Source of the DNA: Eubacteriales bacterium
Lineage (GTDB): Bacteria; Bacillota; Clostridia; Oscillospirales; CAG-272
Length of the DNA stretch: 64,000 bases
Direction of reading: 5' to 3'
Assembly: GCA_045538685.1 (NCBI GenBank)
Contig: JAZSRX010000008.1
Location: 1,982-65,981 of the forward strand
Positions 49,335 through 59,315 of this stretch are shown here, piece by piece (position 1 is the stretch's first letter; every line of letters starts with the position of its first letter). Position numbers and translations under genes: made by a program. The notes below the pieces were generated by a model. It saw only the letters and a program-made list of their open reading frames with translations. It ran no database searches and was not told where the DNA came from.

Positions 49335-51488
49335 TTACTCAAAGCTATACTTGATTGTTCTGTAGGCAATCTTGCCATCCTTGTATACGGGCTCACCGTG
49401 AGCGTGGCCGGATACACCGTACTCTGCCTCGTAGGAGAGAAGGTAATTAAGGAGAACCTCAGTCTGCTGTGCAGTCTTAAGGTTAAGTTCACCGTAGTTT
49501 TTGATCTCGTCTCTGTAAACTGCAGAACCAACCCACTTCTTATACTGCTTCATGTATGCCTTATCAACGATAAGACTGCCTGCAACATTGCGAAGGAACT
49601 TGATCTCGCTTTCATCAGTATACTTGCCTGCCTTAATATCGGCCTCAAGATATGTGCTGAGATCCTTGCTTGCCTTTTCGTTGAGTGCCTGAGCTACTGC
49701 GTGAATACGAAGCATGGGCTTGATAGCTTCCTCTGCCTTCTTAGTAAGAGCTGCGTCGATAAGATCAGCACTTGCAACATTAAGCTTTACAAGGAGGAAT
49801 GCCTCAAGGTTGCCGTAATGATTAAAGTTAGAAACCTTTGTGGTTGTATCAAATGTACCGGTGTAGAACTCGTTCTCGTAGTTGTCGTAAAGAGTTTCCT
49901 TGAATTCTTCAACAAGCTGGGAAGGACACTGCTTAACGGGAATTTCCTTGATAAGAGCATAAACCTTGGTCTGAACAGCACTGGTGATGTGATTGTTGTA
50001 GCTGTGAAGAAGACCGTCATAGATGTTATCGTTATGCTGTTCGATGATAAGGTCAGCAAGCTTCTTGTCACCGCTGGTAGCAGCTGCGATCTTTTCAAGA
50101 ACCTTCTTAAGCTCAACATCCTTTGCAGCATTAAGAGCAGCAAGCTTGGTAGCTATATCCTTCTTCTGTTCATCGGTAGGATTGGTTCCGCCTGCGTTCT
50201 TTGCCTCTGTATGTGCCTTGTTTAACTCATAGAGAGCTCCGCCCTCTTTGTAGTAGCTGTTGTTCTCTGTTGCGGAATTATAGATATCTGTGAAATCTTT
50301 AAGAAGCTTCTCGATGCTTTCATCGCCATACTTGAAGCTGGTGTCAGAGAATGCCTCATACTGAGTGGTGCTGAGGTTGCTGCCTAATGCATGATAGAGA
50401 ATCTGGTATGCAGTGATCTCCTCATATGCGGGAAGATTAACTGCGTATACGGGATATACGTAATAGGTAAGCTTTTTGCCGTTGATGTCAACGGTCTTGT
50501 CTGCATCGTAAGGAGTGGAGGGCTTTACTTCCTTCTTACCGTTGTAAGCATACTCGAAGGTAGCGATAGGATCGCCCATGTTTTCAATCTTCCAATCAAT
50601 ATTGATATCGGAATAGCTGTAAACAATTCCATCTTTATCGGTTACTTCAAACTTGTTGTCTGCATTGCTGAGCTTAGAACCAACCATTGCGGTTGTGCCA
50701 TCAGCAAGGAACAGTGCATGGAAAGCATCTTCTGCATCAAGAGTGATGATCTGATTGGTTGCCTTTTCGGTAAACTCAGCACCCTCTTTGCTGGTGTACT
50801 TAACGGTGTAAGTAACACTGATTGTATCGCCTGCCTTAACAGTAAGAGCTGCATTCTTTGCTTCGGTCTTCTCAGCATCGGTTGCATCGGGCTTTGTTGC
50901 CTTAAGTGCCTCGAGAGCTGCCGCCTCAATCTCTGCCTTTGTAAGCATAGAGTATGCATAATCCTCGATGTTGCCGATATTTTCCTTGCTGATAACATTA
51001 TCAATTACAAGCTGAAGGAACTTCTCGTCACCCTTGGTAGTAGCAGTAGCGGTGTAGAAGAAATCGCCAAGCTTAACACTATGGTTTGCCTTAATGGAAG
51101 CGGTAGTGCTTTCAATTGCGGATACGTTCATATCAGAACCGAAGTACATATTACCTTCAGCATCCTCTGCATAGTATACGAAATAGATTGCATCGCCCTT
51201 GGAAAGTGCGCCGGTCTTGAAGCGGTCTTCCTTAGTACTATTGGTAAGAAGCTTGCTAACTACGGAATTGTAAATGTTTGCCTTTACAATTTTCTCTCTT
51301 GTAGCTTCGTCTACATTAAAATCGTGATTTGCAATCTTGATTTCGCTGATGCTCTTAAGGAAAGAGTCAAGATTGAAGTCAACGTAAGTGCTGAGATCCT
51401 CTTTTGCAAAATCATAGCCACCACAGCTTGTGAGTGCAAGAAGAGACATCACAACAGTAAGAATTAATGCTAAAATTCTCTTTTTCAT
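49335..51488 (-). CDS. large hypothetical lipoprotein (paralog-like to the 47093-48760 product at its N-terminus)
   Basis: Lipobox LLALTSCGG. The N-terminal segment YDFAKEDLSTYVDFN parallels FDYMTADLSQYIEFT in the other lipoprotein. Confidence 0.55.
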   Translation of the reverse strand: MKKRILALILTVVMSLLALTSCGGYDFAKEDLSTYVDFNLDSFLKSISEIKIANHDFNVDEATREKIVKANIYNSVVSKLLTNSTKEDRFKTGALSKGDAIYFVYYAEDAEGNMYFGSDMNVSAIESTTASIKANHSVKLGDFFYTATATTKGDEKFLQLVIDNVISKENIGNIEDYAYSMLTKAEIEAAALEALKATKPDATDAEKTEAKNAALTVKAGDTISVTYTVKYTSKEGAEFTEKATNQIITLDAEDAFHALFLADGTTAMVGSKLSNADNKFEVTDKDGIVYSYSDINIDWKIENMGDPIATFEYAYNGKKEVKPSTPYDADKTVDINGKKLTYYVYPVYAVNLPAYEEITAYQILYHALGSNLSTTQYEAFSDTSFKYGDESIEKLLKDFTDIYNSATENNSYYKEGGALYELNKAHTEAKNAGGTNPTDEQKKDIATKLAALNAAKDVELKKVLEKIAAATSGDKKLADLIIEQHNDNIYDGLLHSYNNHITSAVQTKVYALIKEIPVKQCPSQLVEEFKETLYDNYENEFYTGTFDTTTKVSNFNHYGNLEAFLLVKLNVASADLIDAALTKKAEEAIKPMLRIHAVAQALNEKASKDLSTYLEADIKAGKYTDESEIKFLRNVAGSLIVDKAYMKQYKKWVGSAVYRDEIKNYGELNLKTAQQTEVLLNYLLSYEAEYGVSGHAHGEPVYKDGKIAYRTIKYSFE

Positions 51489-51741
51489 GTCTTTCATCCT
51501 TGTATAAAAATTATTTCAAATTCCGCGTTATGGGACGCGATTAAATTGATCAAAGCAAGCGATTTTTATCCCTATGGAATAACTCGCTGAACTATTATAT
51601 CATACAAAATTAAAAAAAGCAATTGTTTTTTCAATTTTTTTATATTTTTTTATTTTATTAACATTTACTTGTTATTTTACACTAAAAAAAGATGATTTTA
51701 CATTCTTATAAGCAAATCTTTGCATAAAATCTTTTTTTCAC

Positions 51742-51770
51742 TTGACAAAATCTGATTAACAATGTATAAT
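51742..51770 (+). promoter_or_regulatory. sigma-A promoter of trpS
   Basis: TTGACA, 17 nt, TATAAT. The leader is only about 40 nt. Confidence 0.7.
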
Positions 51771-51817
51771 TTTTCTAATGGAAATAAGATATTCGCTATC
51801 ATCGAAAGGATATAAAA

Positions 51818-52813
51818 ATGATTGGAGATAAGAAAATTGTTTTCTCGGGTGTGCAGCCCTCGGGAAATCTTACAATAGGAAATTACCTCGGTGCGATTAA
51901 AAACTTTTCGCGTTTTTCCGAGGATTATAAAACCTTCTACTGTGTAGTTGATCTTCACGCAATTACAGTAAGACAGGTTCCTGCCGAGCTTCGCAGAAGA
52001 ACCTACGAAACCCTCGCTCTTTATATGGCATGCGGTCTTGACCCCAAGCAGAACACCTTATTTGTTCAGTCCCACGTTCCTGCCCACGCAGAGCTTGGCT
52101 GGATGCTTGATTGCTATACAATGTTCGGTGAGCTTTCCAGAATGACTCAGTTCAAGGACAAGAGCCAGAAGCACTCGCAGAATATAAATGCAGGTTTGTT
52201 CACCTATCCCACACTTATGGCGGCAGATATCCTGCTTTATCAGACCGACGTTGTTCCTGTTGGCGTTGACCAGAAGCAGCATCTTGAGTTGGCACGTGAT
52301 ATCGGTATGCGTTTCAACCAGATTTACGGAGACACCTTCACCATTCCCGAGGGATATATGTCCACCGATACAATGAAAATTATGTCTCTTTCAGAGCCCA
52401 CCTCCAAGATGTCAAAGTCTGATACCAATCAGAATGCAGTTGTGTATATCCTCGACTCCAAGGATGACGTTATGCGTAAGTTCAAAAAGGCGGTTACCGA
52501 CTCTGATGCCTGTGTAAGATATTCAGAGGACAAGCCGGGTGTTTCCAATCTTATGAGCATCTACCGTGCATTCACCGGTAAGACCTTTGAAGAGATTGAA
52601 AGAGAATTTGACGGCAAGGGTTACGGCGATTTCAAGCTTGCTGTGGGAGAGGCATGTGCCGACGGTCTTGCACCCGTAAGAGATGAGTTCACTCGCCTTA
52701 TGGCAGACAAGGCACAGCTTGAAGCTATTATGAAAGCCGGTGCAGACGAGGCAGCATACCATGCTCGCAAAACCATGTCAAAAGTCAGAAGAAAGATTGG
52801 TTTTGTAAATTAA
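51818..52813 (+). CDS. trpS: tryptophan--tRNA ligase
   Basis: Motifs FSGVQPSGNLTIGNYLG, VPVGVDQKQHLEL, KMSKS. Confidence 0.95.
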   Translation: MIGDKKIVFSGVQPSGNLTIGNYLGAIKNFSRFSEDYKTFYCVVDLHAITVRQVPAELRRRTYETLALYMACGLDPKQNTLFVQSHVPAHAELGWMLDCYTMFGELSRMTQFKDKSQKHSQNINAGLFTYPTLMAADILLYQTDVVPVGVDQKQHLELARDIGMRFNQIYGDTFTIPEGYMSTDTMKIMSLSEPTSKMSKSDTNQNAVVYILDSKDDVMRKFKKAVTDSDACVRYSEDKPGVSNLMSIYRAFTGKTFEEIEREFDGKGYGDFKLAVGEACADGLAPVRDEFTRLMADKAQLEAIMKAGADEAAYHARKTMSKVRRKIGFVN

Positions 52814-52886
52814 ACATTACAAATTAAAGCGATTGTTTATGCCAAAACGGTTATAGGCAGTCGCTTTTATAAAAGGTATTTTTATT

Positions 52887-53453
52887 ATGAGATACATTCT
52901 TGCATCAAAATCACCAAGAAGAAAAGAGCTGCTTGGACAGATAATAAGCGATTTTAAAATAGTTACAAGAGAGGTTGATGAAACCCTGCCCGTCGATGTT
53001 CACCCCCGAGAAGGAGTTGAGATCCTTGCGATAAGAAAAGGATTTGCTGTTGCTGAACGCAGCGACGGCGACTGCGTTGTAATTTCCTCTGACACACTTG
53101 TTGAAATCGGAGGCGTTCCTCTCGGAAAGCCGGTATGCAAAGCAGAGGCAGTGACTATGTTGAAAATGCTGTCGGGAAAGTCACACAATGTACATACAGG
53201 TGTGGCAGTTCACTACGACGGCAAATGTTACAGCGGAGTTGCCACAACGGCAGTTTATTTCAGAGAAATGAGCAATGAGGAGATAATCGAATACGTAGAA
53301 AGCGGAGATCCGATGGACAAAGCCGGAAGTTACGGTATTCAAAGCGGCGGCGGAAAATTCGTTGAAAAAATTGAAGGCGATTACGACACTGTTGTCGGAC
53401 TTTCTGTTTCGCTTACCAAAAAGCTTATTGAAGAGGCATTAAAAAATGACTAA
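52887..53453 (+). CDS. maf: Maf family nucleoside-triphosphate pyrophosphatase
   Basis: Motifs ILASKSPRRKELL, DKAGSYGIQ. Confidence 0.85.
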   Translation: MRYILASKSPRRKELLGQIISDFKIVTREVDETLPVDVHPREGVEILAIRKGFAVAERSDGDCVVISSDTLVEIGGVPLGKPVCKAEAVTMLKMLSGKSHNVHTGVAVHYDGKCYSGVATTAVYFREMSNEEIIEYVESGDPMDKAGSYGIQSGGGKFVEKIEGDYDTVVGLSVSLTKKLIEEALKND

Positions 53454-54108
53454 AACCGAGAAAAAAAGACGTCTTTCGCTTATAGTTGAACGTCTAAAAG
53501 AAATATATCCCGATGCCGAATGTGCCTTGCACTACGACGGCGACCCCTGGAAACTGTTGGTTATGGGCAGACTGTCTGCACAGTGTACAGATGCCAGAGT
53601 AAATATTGTATGTGAAGAGCTTTTCAAGAGATTTCCCACTGCAGAAGCAATGGCAAAGGGTGATATCGCTGAAATTGAAGAAATAGTAAAGCCCTGCGGA
53701 CTTTATCGAATGAAGGCGGATAACATCAAAGCAGCAAGCCGTATGCTGATTACCGATTTTAACGGCAAGCTTCCCGACAATATGGAGGATCTTTTGAAAT
53801 TTCCCGGTGTGGGAAGAAAAATCGCCAACCTTTTGCTTGGTGACGTATTCGGCAAGGAAGCAATAGTTTGCGACACCCACTGCATACGCATCTGCGGAAG
53901 ACTCGGTATGTATCCCGAAAAAGAAAAAGACCCTACAAAAATCGAAAAAATTCTCAGAGAGCTTATAGATTTAAAGGAAGGCAGCGATTTTTGTCACAGA
54001 ATTGTTTTCTTCGGCAGAGAAATATGTACCGCCAGATCCCCAATGTGCGAAAACTGCCCGCTTGGCGACCTGTGTTTAAAGAGAGAAAGGGAAAATGGAA
54101 AGAATTAA
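53446..54108 (+). CDS. nth: endonuclease III
   Basis: HhH-GPD motif (LLKFPGVGRKIANLLL) and a C-terminal 4Fe-4S cluster motif (CTARSPMCENCPLGDLC). Confidence 0.9.
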   Translation: MTKTEKKRRLSLIVERLKEIYPDAECALHYDGDPWKLLVMGRLSAQCTDARVNIVCEELFKRFPTAEAMAKGDIAEIEEIVKPCGLYRMKADNIKAASRMLITDFNGKLPDNMEDLLKFPGVGRKIANLLLGDVFGKEAIVCDTHCIRICGRLGMYPEKEKDPTKIEKILRELIDLKEGSDFCHRIVFFGREICTARSPMCENCPLGDLCLKRERENGKN

Positions 54109-54688
54109 AATATCTCTGCCCATAATCGTTGAGGGCAGATATGATAAAAGCTCGCTTTTAGGATATCTTGACGCAAGGATAATCACAACAGGCGGTTTTT
54201 CCGTATTCAACGATAAGGAGAAACAAAATCTGCTTCGCAGAATTTCTAAAAACGGTGTAATCGTATTAACCGACTCTGACGGAGGCGGAAAACAAATAAG
54301 AAAATTTCTGTCCGGAATTTTGCCTCCCGATAAAATTCATAATCTTTTTATACCCCAGATTAAAGGCAAAGAAAGTCGTAAAAGAAAGGCATCTGCCGCC
54401 GGAAATCTCGGTGTAGAAGGAATGGATAAAGATGTGATTTTGCGTCTCTTATCCCCTTTTATCGACGGTGAAAAAGCACAAAACAACACTAAAATGATAA
54501 CTAAAGTTGACTTTTTCAACGATAAATTAACCGGATGGCCTAATTCTTCCGATAATCGCAAGACGCTTTGCCGCGAGTGTAATCTTCCCGAGGATATGAC
54601 TCCAAATGCCCTGCTTGAAGCAATGAACATTCTTTACGGATATGAAGAATACCGTACCGTTGTGGACAAGCTTTTTTCCGAAAAATAA
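54095..54688 (+). CDS. Toprim domain protein (RNase M5-like / DUF4093)
   Basis: IIVEGRYDK and VIVLTDSDGGGKQIR match Toprim acidic motifs. Confidence 0.5.
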   Translation: MERIKISLPIIVEGRYDKSSLLGYLDARIITTGGFSVFNDKEKQNLLRRISKNGVIVLTDSDGGGKQIRKFLSGILPPDKIHNLFIPQIKGKESRKRKASAAGNLGVEGMDKDVILRLLSPFIDGEKAQNNTKMITKVDFFNDKLTGWPNSSDNRKTLCRECNLPEDMTPNALLEAMNILYGYEEYRTVVDKLFSEK

Positions 54689-54738
54689 AAATTCCCATAC
54701 AGAGAACCCGTTTTAAAAGGTCTTTGTATGGGATTTTT

Positions 54739-55428
54739 TTACAGTTTTGTTTCTTTGTACGGTTCAAGAATGATTTTGTCGTCAAAATCGAACTCGTCGG
54801 GAGTTATGTCATCGGTAAGTCCGTAATGAATTGGAATAGCACATTTTGCACCTATTTCATATGCGAAATCAGCGGCGTCATGTGCATTCATATTATTGCC
54901 CTTGCCGTTGATGGGAAGAAATGCAAAATCAACTCCGTCGGGAGCAAGGTCAAGAACGTCATCTATAACCTCATAGTTATAAATCGTGTCACCGCTGACA
55001 TAGAAGGTTTGTTTTCCGTCATCAATTATGAAGCCAACCGCCTTTCTGTCGCTGTGTTCGGCACGAACAGAGTAGAATGTAACACCCTTTTCGCTCCAAA
55101 CCGAATGAGGTGCAAGAAGAACATAGTTGTGACAACCTCCTATTGCGGCAACCTTCTCATATGCAGACTCTGCCGCCAAAACGAGAGCAGGAGCTTTGCA
55201 ACCCGAAAGCACCCTTTTAAGTGTGACCATATCAAGATGATCCATATGCTCGTGAGTGATAAGAATTACGTCGGGAGATGCAGCAAAAAAGCTTTCATCA
55301 GCAGGAATTCTTCTTTTCTTTTCGGGTTTGATTTCTCCAAGCGAATCTGTAAGGTATGGATCTACCATTATTTTTATTTTACTGTTCTCAAACAAAAGTC
55401 CTGCCTGAGTAAGCCAAGTGATTTTCAT
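54739..55428 (-). CDS. MBL-fold metallo-hydrolase
   Basis: Motif ITHEHMDHLD. Confidence 0.7.
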   Translation of the reverse strand: MKITWLTQAGLLFENSKIKIMVDPYLTDSLGEIKPEKKRRIPADESFFAASPDVILITHEHMDHLDMVTLKRVLSGCKAPALVLAAESAYEKVAAIGGCHNYVLLAPHSVWSEKGVTFYSVRAEHSDRKAVGFIIDDGKQTFYVSGDTIYNYEVIDDVLDLAPDGVDFAFLPINGKGNNMNAHDAADFAYEIGAKCAIPIHYGLTDDITPDEFDFDDKIILEPYKETKL

Positions 55429-55616
55429 AATAAACCTTCCTTAATAATATTATGTAAAGGCAGCAGCCATTTTTTCTACACTAATTATTACATAAATTTA
55501 AGGTAAAGTCAAGTTTTTTATTTTTAACTTTCCATTCATTGACATTTGTATTAAAGTCTGTTATAATATTACATCGTATCAAACTGTAAATAAATAATCT
55601 GTAAAAGAGAGGAAAA

Positions 55617-56633
55617 ATGAAAAAAACAAAATTTAATTTTGAAAAAATAAAGAAAGTGTTGCTTATACTGTTGATCTTTGTTTTGATCTCGGTACTTTCT
55701 GCTGCACTGCTATATATGTTCGGCGTCATCTATTTTGAGGGTGGAGATATGCGAATTGATAAGGAGCTGTTCAACTCCTTTAAAGGTGCCTGGTACGGAG
55801 CAATAATTATAATTTTGCTTCAGGTTGTAATAACGTCGCTTCTGTCCTTTGTTCCGGGTGCTTCAATGGCATTTATTGTAGTGATCGGCGAGCTTTATGA
55901 AAATCCCGTAGAGGCATTTATAATAACCTTCTCGGGTGTAATGCTGTCAAGTCTTATGATGTATCTGATAGGAAGATTCGGCGGTTACAATTTAGGTAAA
56001 AAGATCATTGGAGAAGAGGACTGTCAGAAGGCATCCGAGCTTTTAAACAACAAGGGCTTGATCTACTTCCCGATGATGATGATGTTCCCTGTATTCCCCG
56101 ACGACGCACTTGTTATGGTTGCAGGAACACTGAAAATGACGTTAAAGTGGTTTGTTCCCTCTATTGTATTCGGCAGAGGAATAGGTGTGGCAACAATAAT
56201 CTTTGGTCTCTCTATCGTTCCCTTCGATAATTTTACCACTATCTGGCACTGGATTGGCTTTATTCTGGCTTGTGCATTATTTATTGTGGCGGTATTCTTA
56301 CTTGCAAACAAATTCAATAAGTATATGGAAAAGAAAAAATCTTCCTCATCAAAAAACACAAATACCGAAAACTTTGTTATGCTTGATGACAGCAATGCCG
56401 AGGTTCTTTCGGACGAGGAAATCTATCCCGACGGTGCAAACTCACCTACAAGACGTATTGAATACAAATGTCCTTGCGGAAAAGGAAAAATCATTGATGA
56501 GCGAGTAATCGGATTCGGCGATTATTATGCTTATATTGAGTGCGAAAATTGCAAGGATAAGTATGATGTGGAAACCGGTTGCGGAAGCATCTGGCGGCTT
56601 AAAAAAGCAGAAGAAAAGATAGAAATAAAATAA
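55617..56633 (+). CDS. TVP38/TMEM64 (DedA-related) membrane protein with a C-terminal Cys4 module
   Basis: Polytopic, with FPVFPDDALVMVAG. The tail carries CPCG..CENC. Confidence 0.55.
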   Translation: MKKTKFNFEKIKKVLLILLIFVLISVLSAALLYMFGVIYFEGGDMRIDKELFNSFKGAWYGAIIIILLQVVITSLLSFVPGASMAFIVVIGELYENPVEAFIITFSGVMLSSLMMYLIGRFGGYNLGKKIIGEEDCQKASELLNNKGLIYFPMMMMFPVFPDDALVMVAGTLKMTLKWFVPSIVFGRGIGVATIIFGLSIVPFDNFTTIWHWIGFILACALFIVAVFLLANKFNKYMEKKKSSSSKNTNTENFVMLDDSNAEVLSDEEIYPDGANSPTRRIEYKCPCGKGKIIDERVIGFGDYYAYIECENCKDKYDVETGCGSIWRLKKAEEKIEIK

Positions 56634-56637
56634 TAAA

Positions 56638-56676
56638 ATGCCTCTTACGGATTATACTCTGTAAGAGGCATTTTTA
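56638..56676. terminator. bidirectional rho-independent terminator
   Basis: 11-bp stem atgcctcttac/gtaagaggcat, followed by a T-run. Confidence 0.8.
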
Positions 56677-56685
56677 AATATAAAA

Positions 56686-57393
56686 TTAACGGTTTTGTGC
56701 GATATCCTTAATAACCTCACCCGCAATGATAAGTCCCGCCACAGAAGGAACAAAGGAAATACTTCCGGGAACTCGCTTTTTTTCGCCGTCGGATACCTCG
56801 GGCGGTATAACGGGAAGCTCTTTTGAATAAACCACTTTAAGATGATTTATCCCTCTCTTACGCAGAGCAATTCTCACCGCACGTGCAAGAGGACAAACTG
56901 CGGTTTTGGATATATCCGAAACTTCAAATTTAGTTGGATCAAGCTTATTTCCCGCACCCATTGCCGAAATGATTTTTGTTCCGCTTTGATGTGCACAGAC
57001 GATAAGCTCGACCTTTGAGGAAAGAGAGTCTATGGCATCAACTACATAATCAAAGATTGAAAAATCAAACAGATCTTTACTGCCGTCGTCGAAGAAAATA
57101 TTATGACAAACCACCTTTGCATCGGGGTTTATACTTAATATTCGGTCACGCATTGCATCTGTCTTGTACATTCCAAGGGTATTTTGGGTAGCAATGATCT
57201 GTCTGTTTATATTGGAAAGAGAAACCTTGTCCGAATCAACAAGCTCAATATAACCCACTCCTGCACGGGCAAGGGCTTCAACGGCATATCCGCCTACTCC
57301 GCCTACTCCGAAAACTATAACCCTTGCAGAACCGAGTCTTTCAACCCCCTCCGCACCGAGAAGCATCTCTGTTCGTGAAGAAAACTTTTCCAT
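56686..57393 (-). CDS. tcdA: ThiF-family tRNA threonylcarbamoyladenosine dehydratase
   Basis: Rossmann motif VIVFGVGGVGGYAVEALARAGVG. Size and layout are typical of TcdA/CsdL. Confidence 0.7.
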   Translation of the reverse strand: MEKFSSRTEMLLGAEGVERLGSARVIVFGVGGVGGYAVEALARAGVGYIELVDSDKVSLSNINRQIIATQNTLGMYKTDAMRDRILSINPDAKVVCHNIFFDDGSKDLFDFSIFDYVVDAIDSLSSKVELIVCAHQSGTKIISAMGAGNKLDPTKFEVSDISKTAVCPLARAVRIALRKRGINHLKVVYSKELPVIPPEVSDGEKKRVPGSISFVPSVAGLIIAGEVIKDIAQNR

Positions 57394-57402
57394 ATTTCCT
57401 CC

Positions 57403-59277
57403 TTACTTGCCGAGATAAATTAGTAAAACACTGATATCCGCAGGGTTAACTCCGCTGATACGTGATGCCTGTCCAATATTCATAGGGCGAATTTTGTCAA
57501 GCTTTTCTGCCGATTCAAGTCGAAGTCCCGTAATCTTTTTATAGTCTATGTCGGAAGGAATGCTTTTATCCTCTAACTTTTTCTGTCTTTCCACCTCGGA
57601 AAGCTCACGTTTAATATAACCCTGATACTTAACCTTAATTTCTGCAGTTCTGACTACCGCAGAAGGAAGCGAAGGTCTGTCAATATCAATCTCCGACAGT
57701 GACTTATATGACAGCTCAGGGCGTCGAAGAAGCTCGGCAAGTTTTGCTCCTGTACTTATTTGTGCAGAACCGAGTCCAAGCAAAATCTCATTATTTCTGT
57801 CAGAAGGAGCAATAACCGTTTTTTCAAGACGCTTTATCTCCCTCTCTATCATCTCCTGTTTTTCAAGGAAACGGGTATATCTTTCGTCATCAACAAGTCC
57901 TACACTGTGACCTATTGGAGTAAGTCTTTCATCGGCATTATCCTGGCGAAGAAGAAGACGGTACTCGCTTCGTGAAGTCATCATACGGTATGGCTCGGAT
58001 GTTCCCTTTGTAACAAGATCGTCTATCAGAGTACCTATATATGACGAAGAACGGGTAAGAATCATCGGCTCTTTTCCGCACTCGGCAAGAGCGGCATTTA
58101 TTCCTGCCACAAGTCCCTGTGCAGCCGCTTCCTCATATCCTGACGTTCCGTTAAACTGCCCTGCTCCGTAAAGTCCGCCCACCTTTTTAAACTCCAAGGT
58201 AGGATACATTTCGGTAGGATCTGCCGCATCATACTCAATAGCATAGGCATATCTCATAATCTCGGCATTTTCAAAGCCATTTAAGCTGTGAAGCATCTCA
58301 TACTGCACATCTGTTGGCATAGAGGTAGAGAAGCCCTGAATATAAAGCTCGTCTGTATCAAGACCGCAGGGCTCAATGAAAAGCTGATGCCTTTCCTTAT
58401 CGGCAAATCTGACAAGCTTGGTCTCAATGGAAGGACAGTATCTCGGTCCTTCTCCTGTTATATTTCCCGAATACATAGCCGACCTTTCAAGATTTGAAAG
58501 AATGGTTTTATGTGTATTCGAATTTGTGTAAACTATATGACAGGGGCGAAGATTAACCTCGTTAACCCCACGTTTTTCCGTTCTTACCGAATAAGGAATC
58601 GGCTCTTCCTCGCCCTCCTGAATTTCAAGGGCTGAAAGATCAACCGAGCGAAGATGAACTCTTGCAGGTGTTCCGGTTTTAAATCTTTGAAGCGACAGTC
58701 CAAGCTTTAAGAGCGACTCTGAAAGTCCCACAGCAGGCATAAGACCGTCAGGGCCGGAAGAAAACACCTTGTCACCCACAAATATCTTACTGTCAAGGAA
58801 TGTTCCTGTGGCGATAACAACACGGTTTGTCTCCCAAACCTCGCCAAGAGATGTTACAACACCCGAAACGACGTTTTTTCCCTCTCTCTCTTCGGTAAGA
58901 ATATCAACAATCTCCGCCTGAATAAGACGAAGATTTTTCTCGGACTCAAGAGTCCTTTTCATCTGCTTTTTATACTCTGCCCTATCTGCCTGCACTCTTT
59001 TTGAGTGAACCGCAGCACCCTTGCCTAAGTTCAGTGTACGTGACTGTATGGTGGCAATATCCGCCGCATATCCCATCTCACCGCCCAGAGCATCAATTTC
59101 AAATACCAGATGTCCCTTTGCACTTCCGCCAATAGAGGGATTACAGGGCATATTACCAACGGCATCAAGGTTGGTAGTAAACAAAATTGTATCAACACCC
59201 ATTCTTGCCGATGCAAGTGCTGCTTCAATTCCTGCGTGACCTGCACCGATAACGGCAACCTTGGTTTTCAGTTCCAT
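57403..59277 (-). CDS. mnmG: tRNA uridine 5-carboxymethylaminomethyl modification enzyme
   Basis: 624 aa. FAD motif VIGAGHAGIEAALA, plus GPRYCPSIE and GQFNGTSGYEEAAAQG. Confidence 0.95.
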   Translation of the reverse strand: MELKTKVAVIGAGHAGIEAALASARMGVDTILFTTNLDAVGNMPCNPSIGGSAKGHLVFEIDALGGEMGYAADIATIQSRTLNLGKGAAVHSKRVQADRAEYKKQMKRTLESEKNLRLIQAEIVDILTEEREGKNVVSGVVTSLGEVWETNRVVIATGTFLDSKIFVGDKVFSSGPDGLMPAVGLSESLLKLGLSLQRFKTGTPARVHLRSVDLSALEIQEGEEEPIPYSVRTEKRGVNEVNLRPCHIVYTNSNTHKTILSNLERSAMYSGNITGEGPRYCPSIETKLVRFADKERHQLFIEPCGLDTDELYIQGFSTSMPTDVQYEMLHSLNGFENAEIMRYAYAIEYDAADPTEMYPTLEFKKVGGLYGAGQFNGTSGYEEAAAQGLVAGINAALAECGKEPMILTRSSSYIGTLIDDLVTKGTSEPYRMMTSRSEYRLLLRQDNADERLTPIGHSVGLVDDERYTRFLEKQEMIEREIKRLEKTVIAPSDRNNEILLGLGSAQISTGAKLAELLRRPELSYKSLSEIDIDRPSLPSAVVRTAEIKVKYQGYIKRELSEVERQKKLEDKSIPSDIDYKKITGLRLESAEKLDKIRPMNIGQASRISGVNPADISVLLIYLGK

Positions 59278-59315
59278 TTTTCCAACCTCTCTTTCCTTTT
59301 AATTAAAAACTTTAT

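Noticed and set aside
51498-51817. A T-box leader was expected upstream of trpS.
   Set aside because: A consensus promoter at 51742-51770 leaves only about 40 nt of leader. No specifier hairpin, T-box sequence or terminator/antiterminator pair is visible. The rest of the spacer is AT-rich promoter DNA for the divergent lipoprotein gene.
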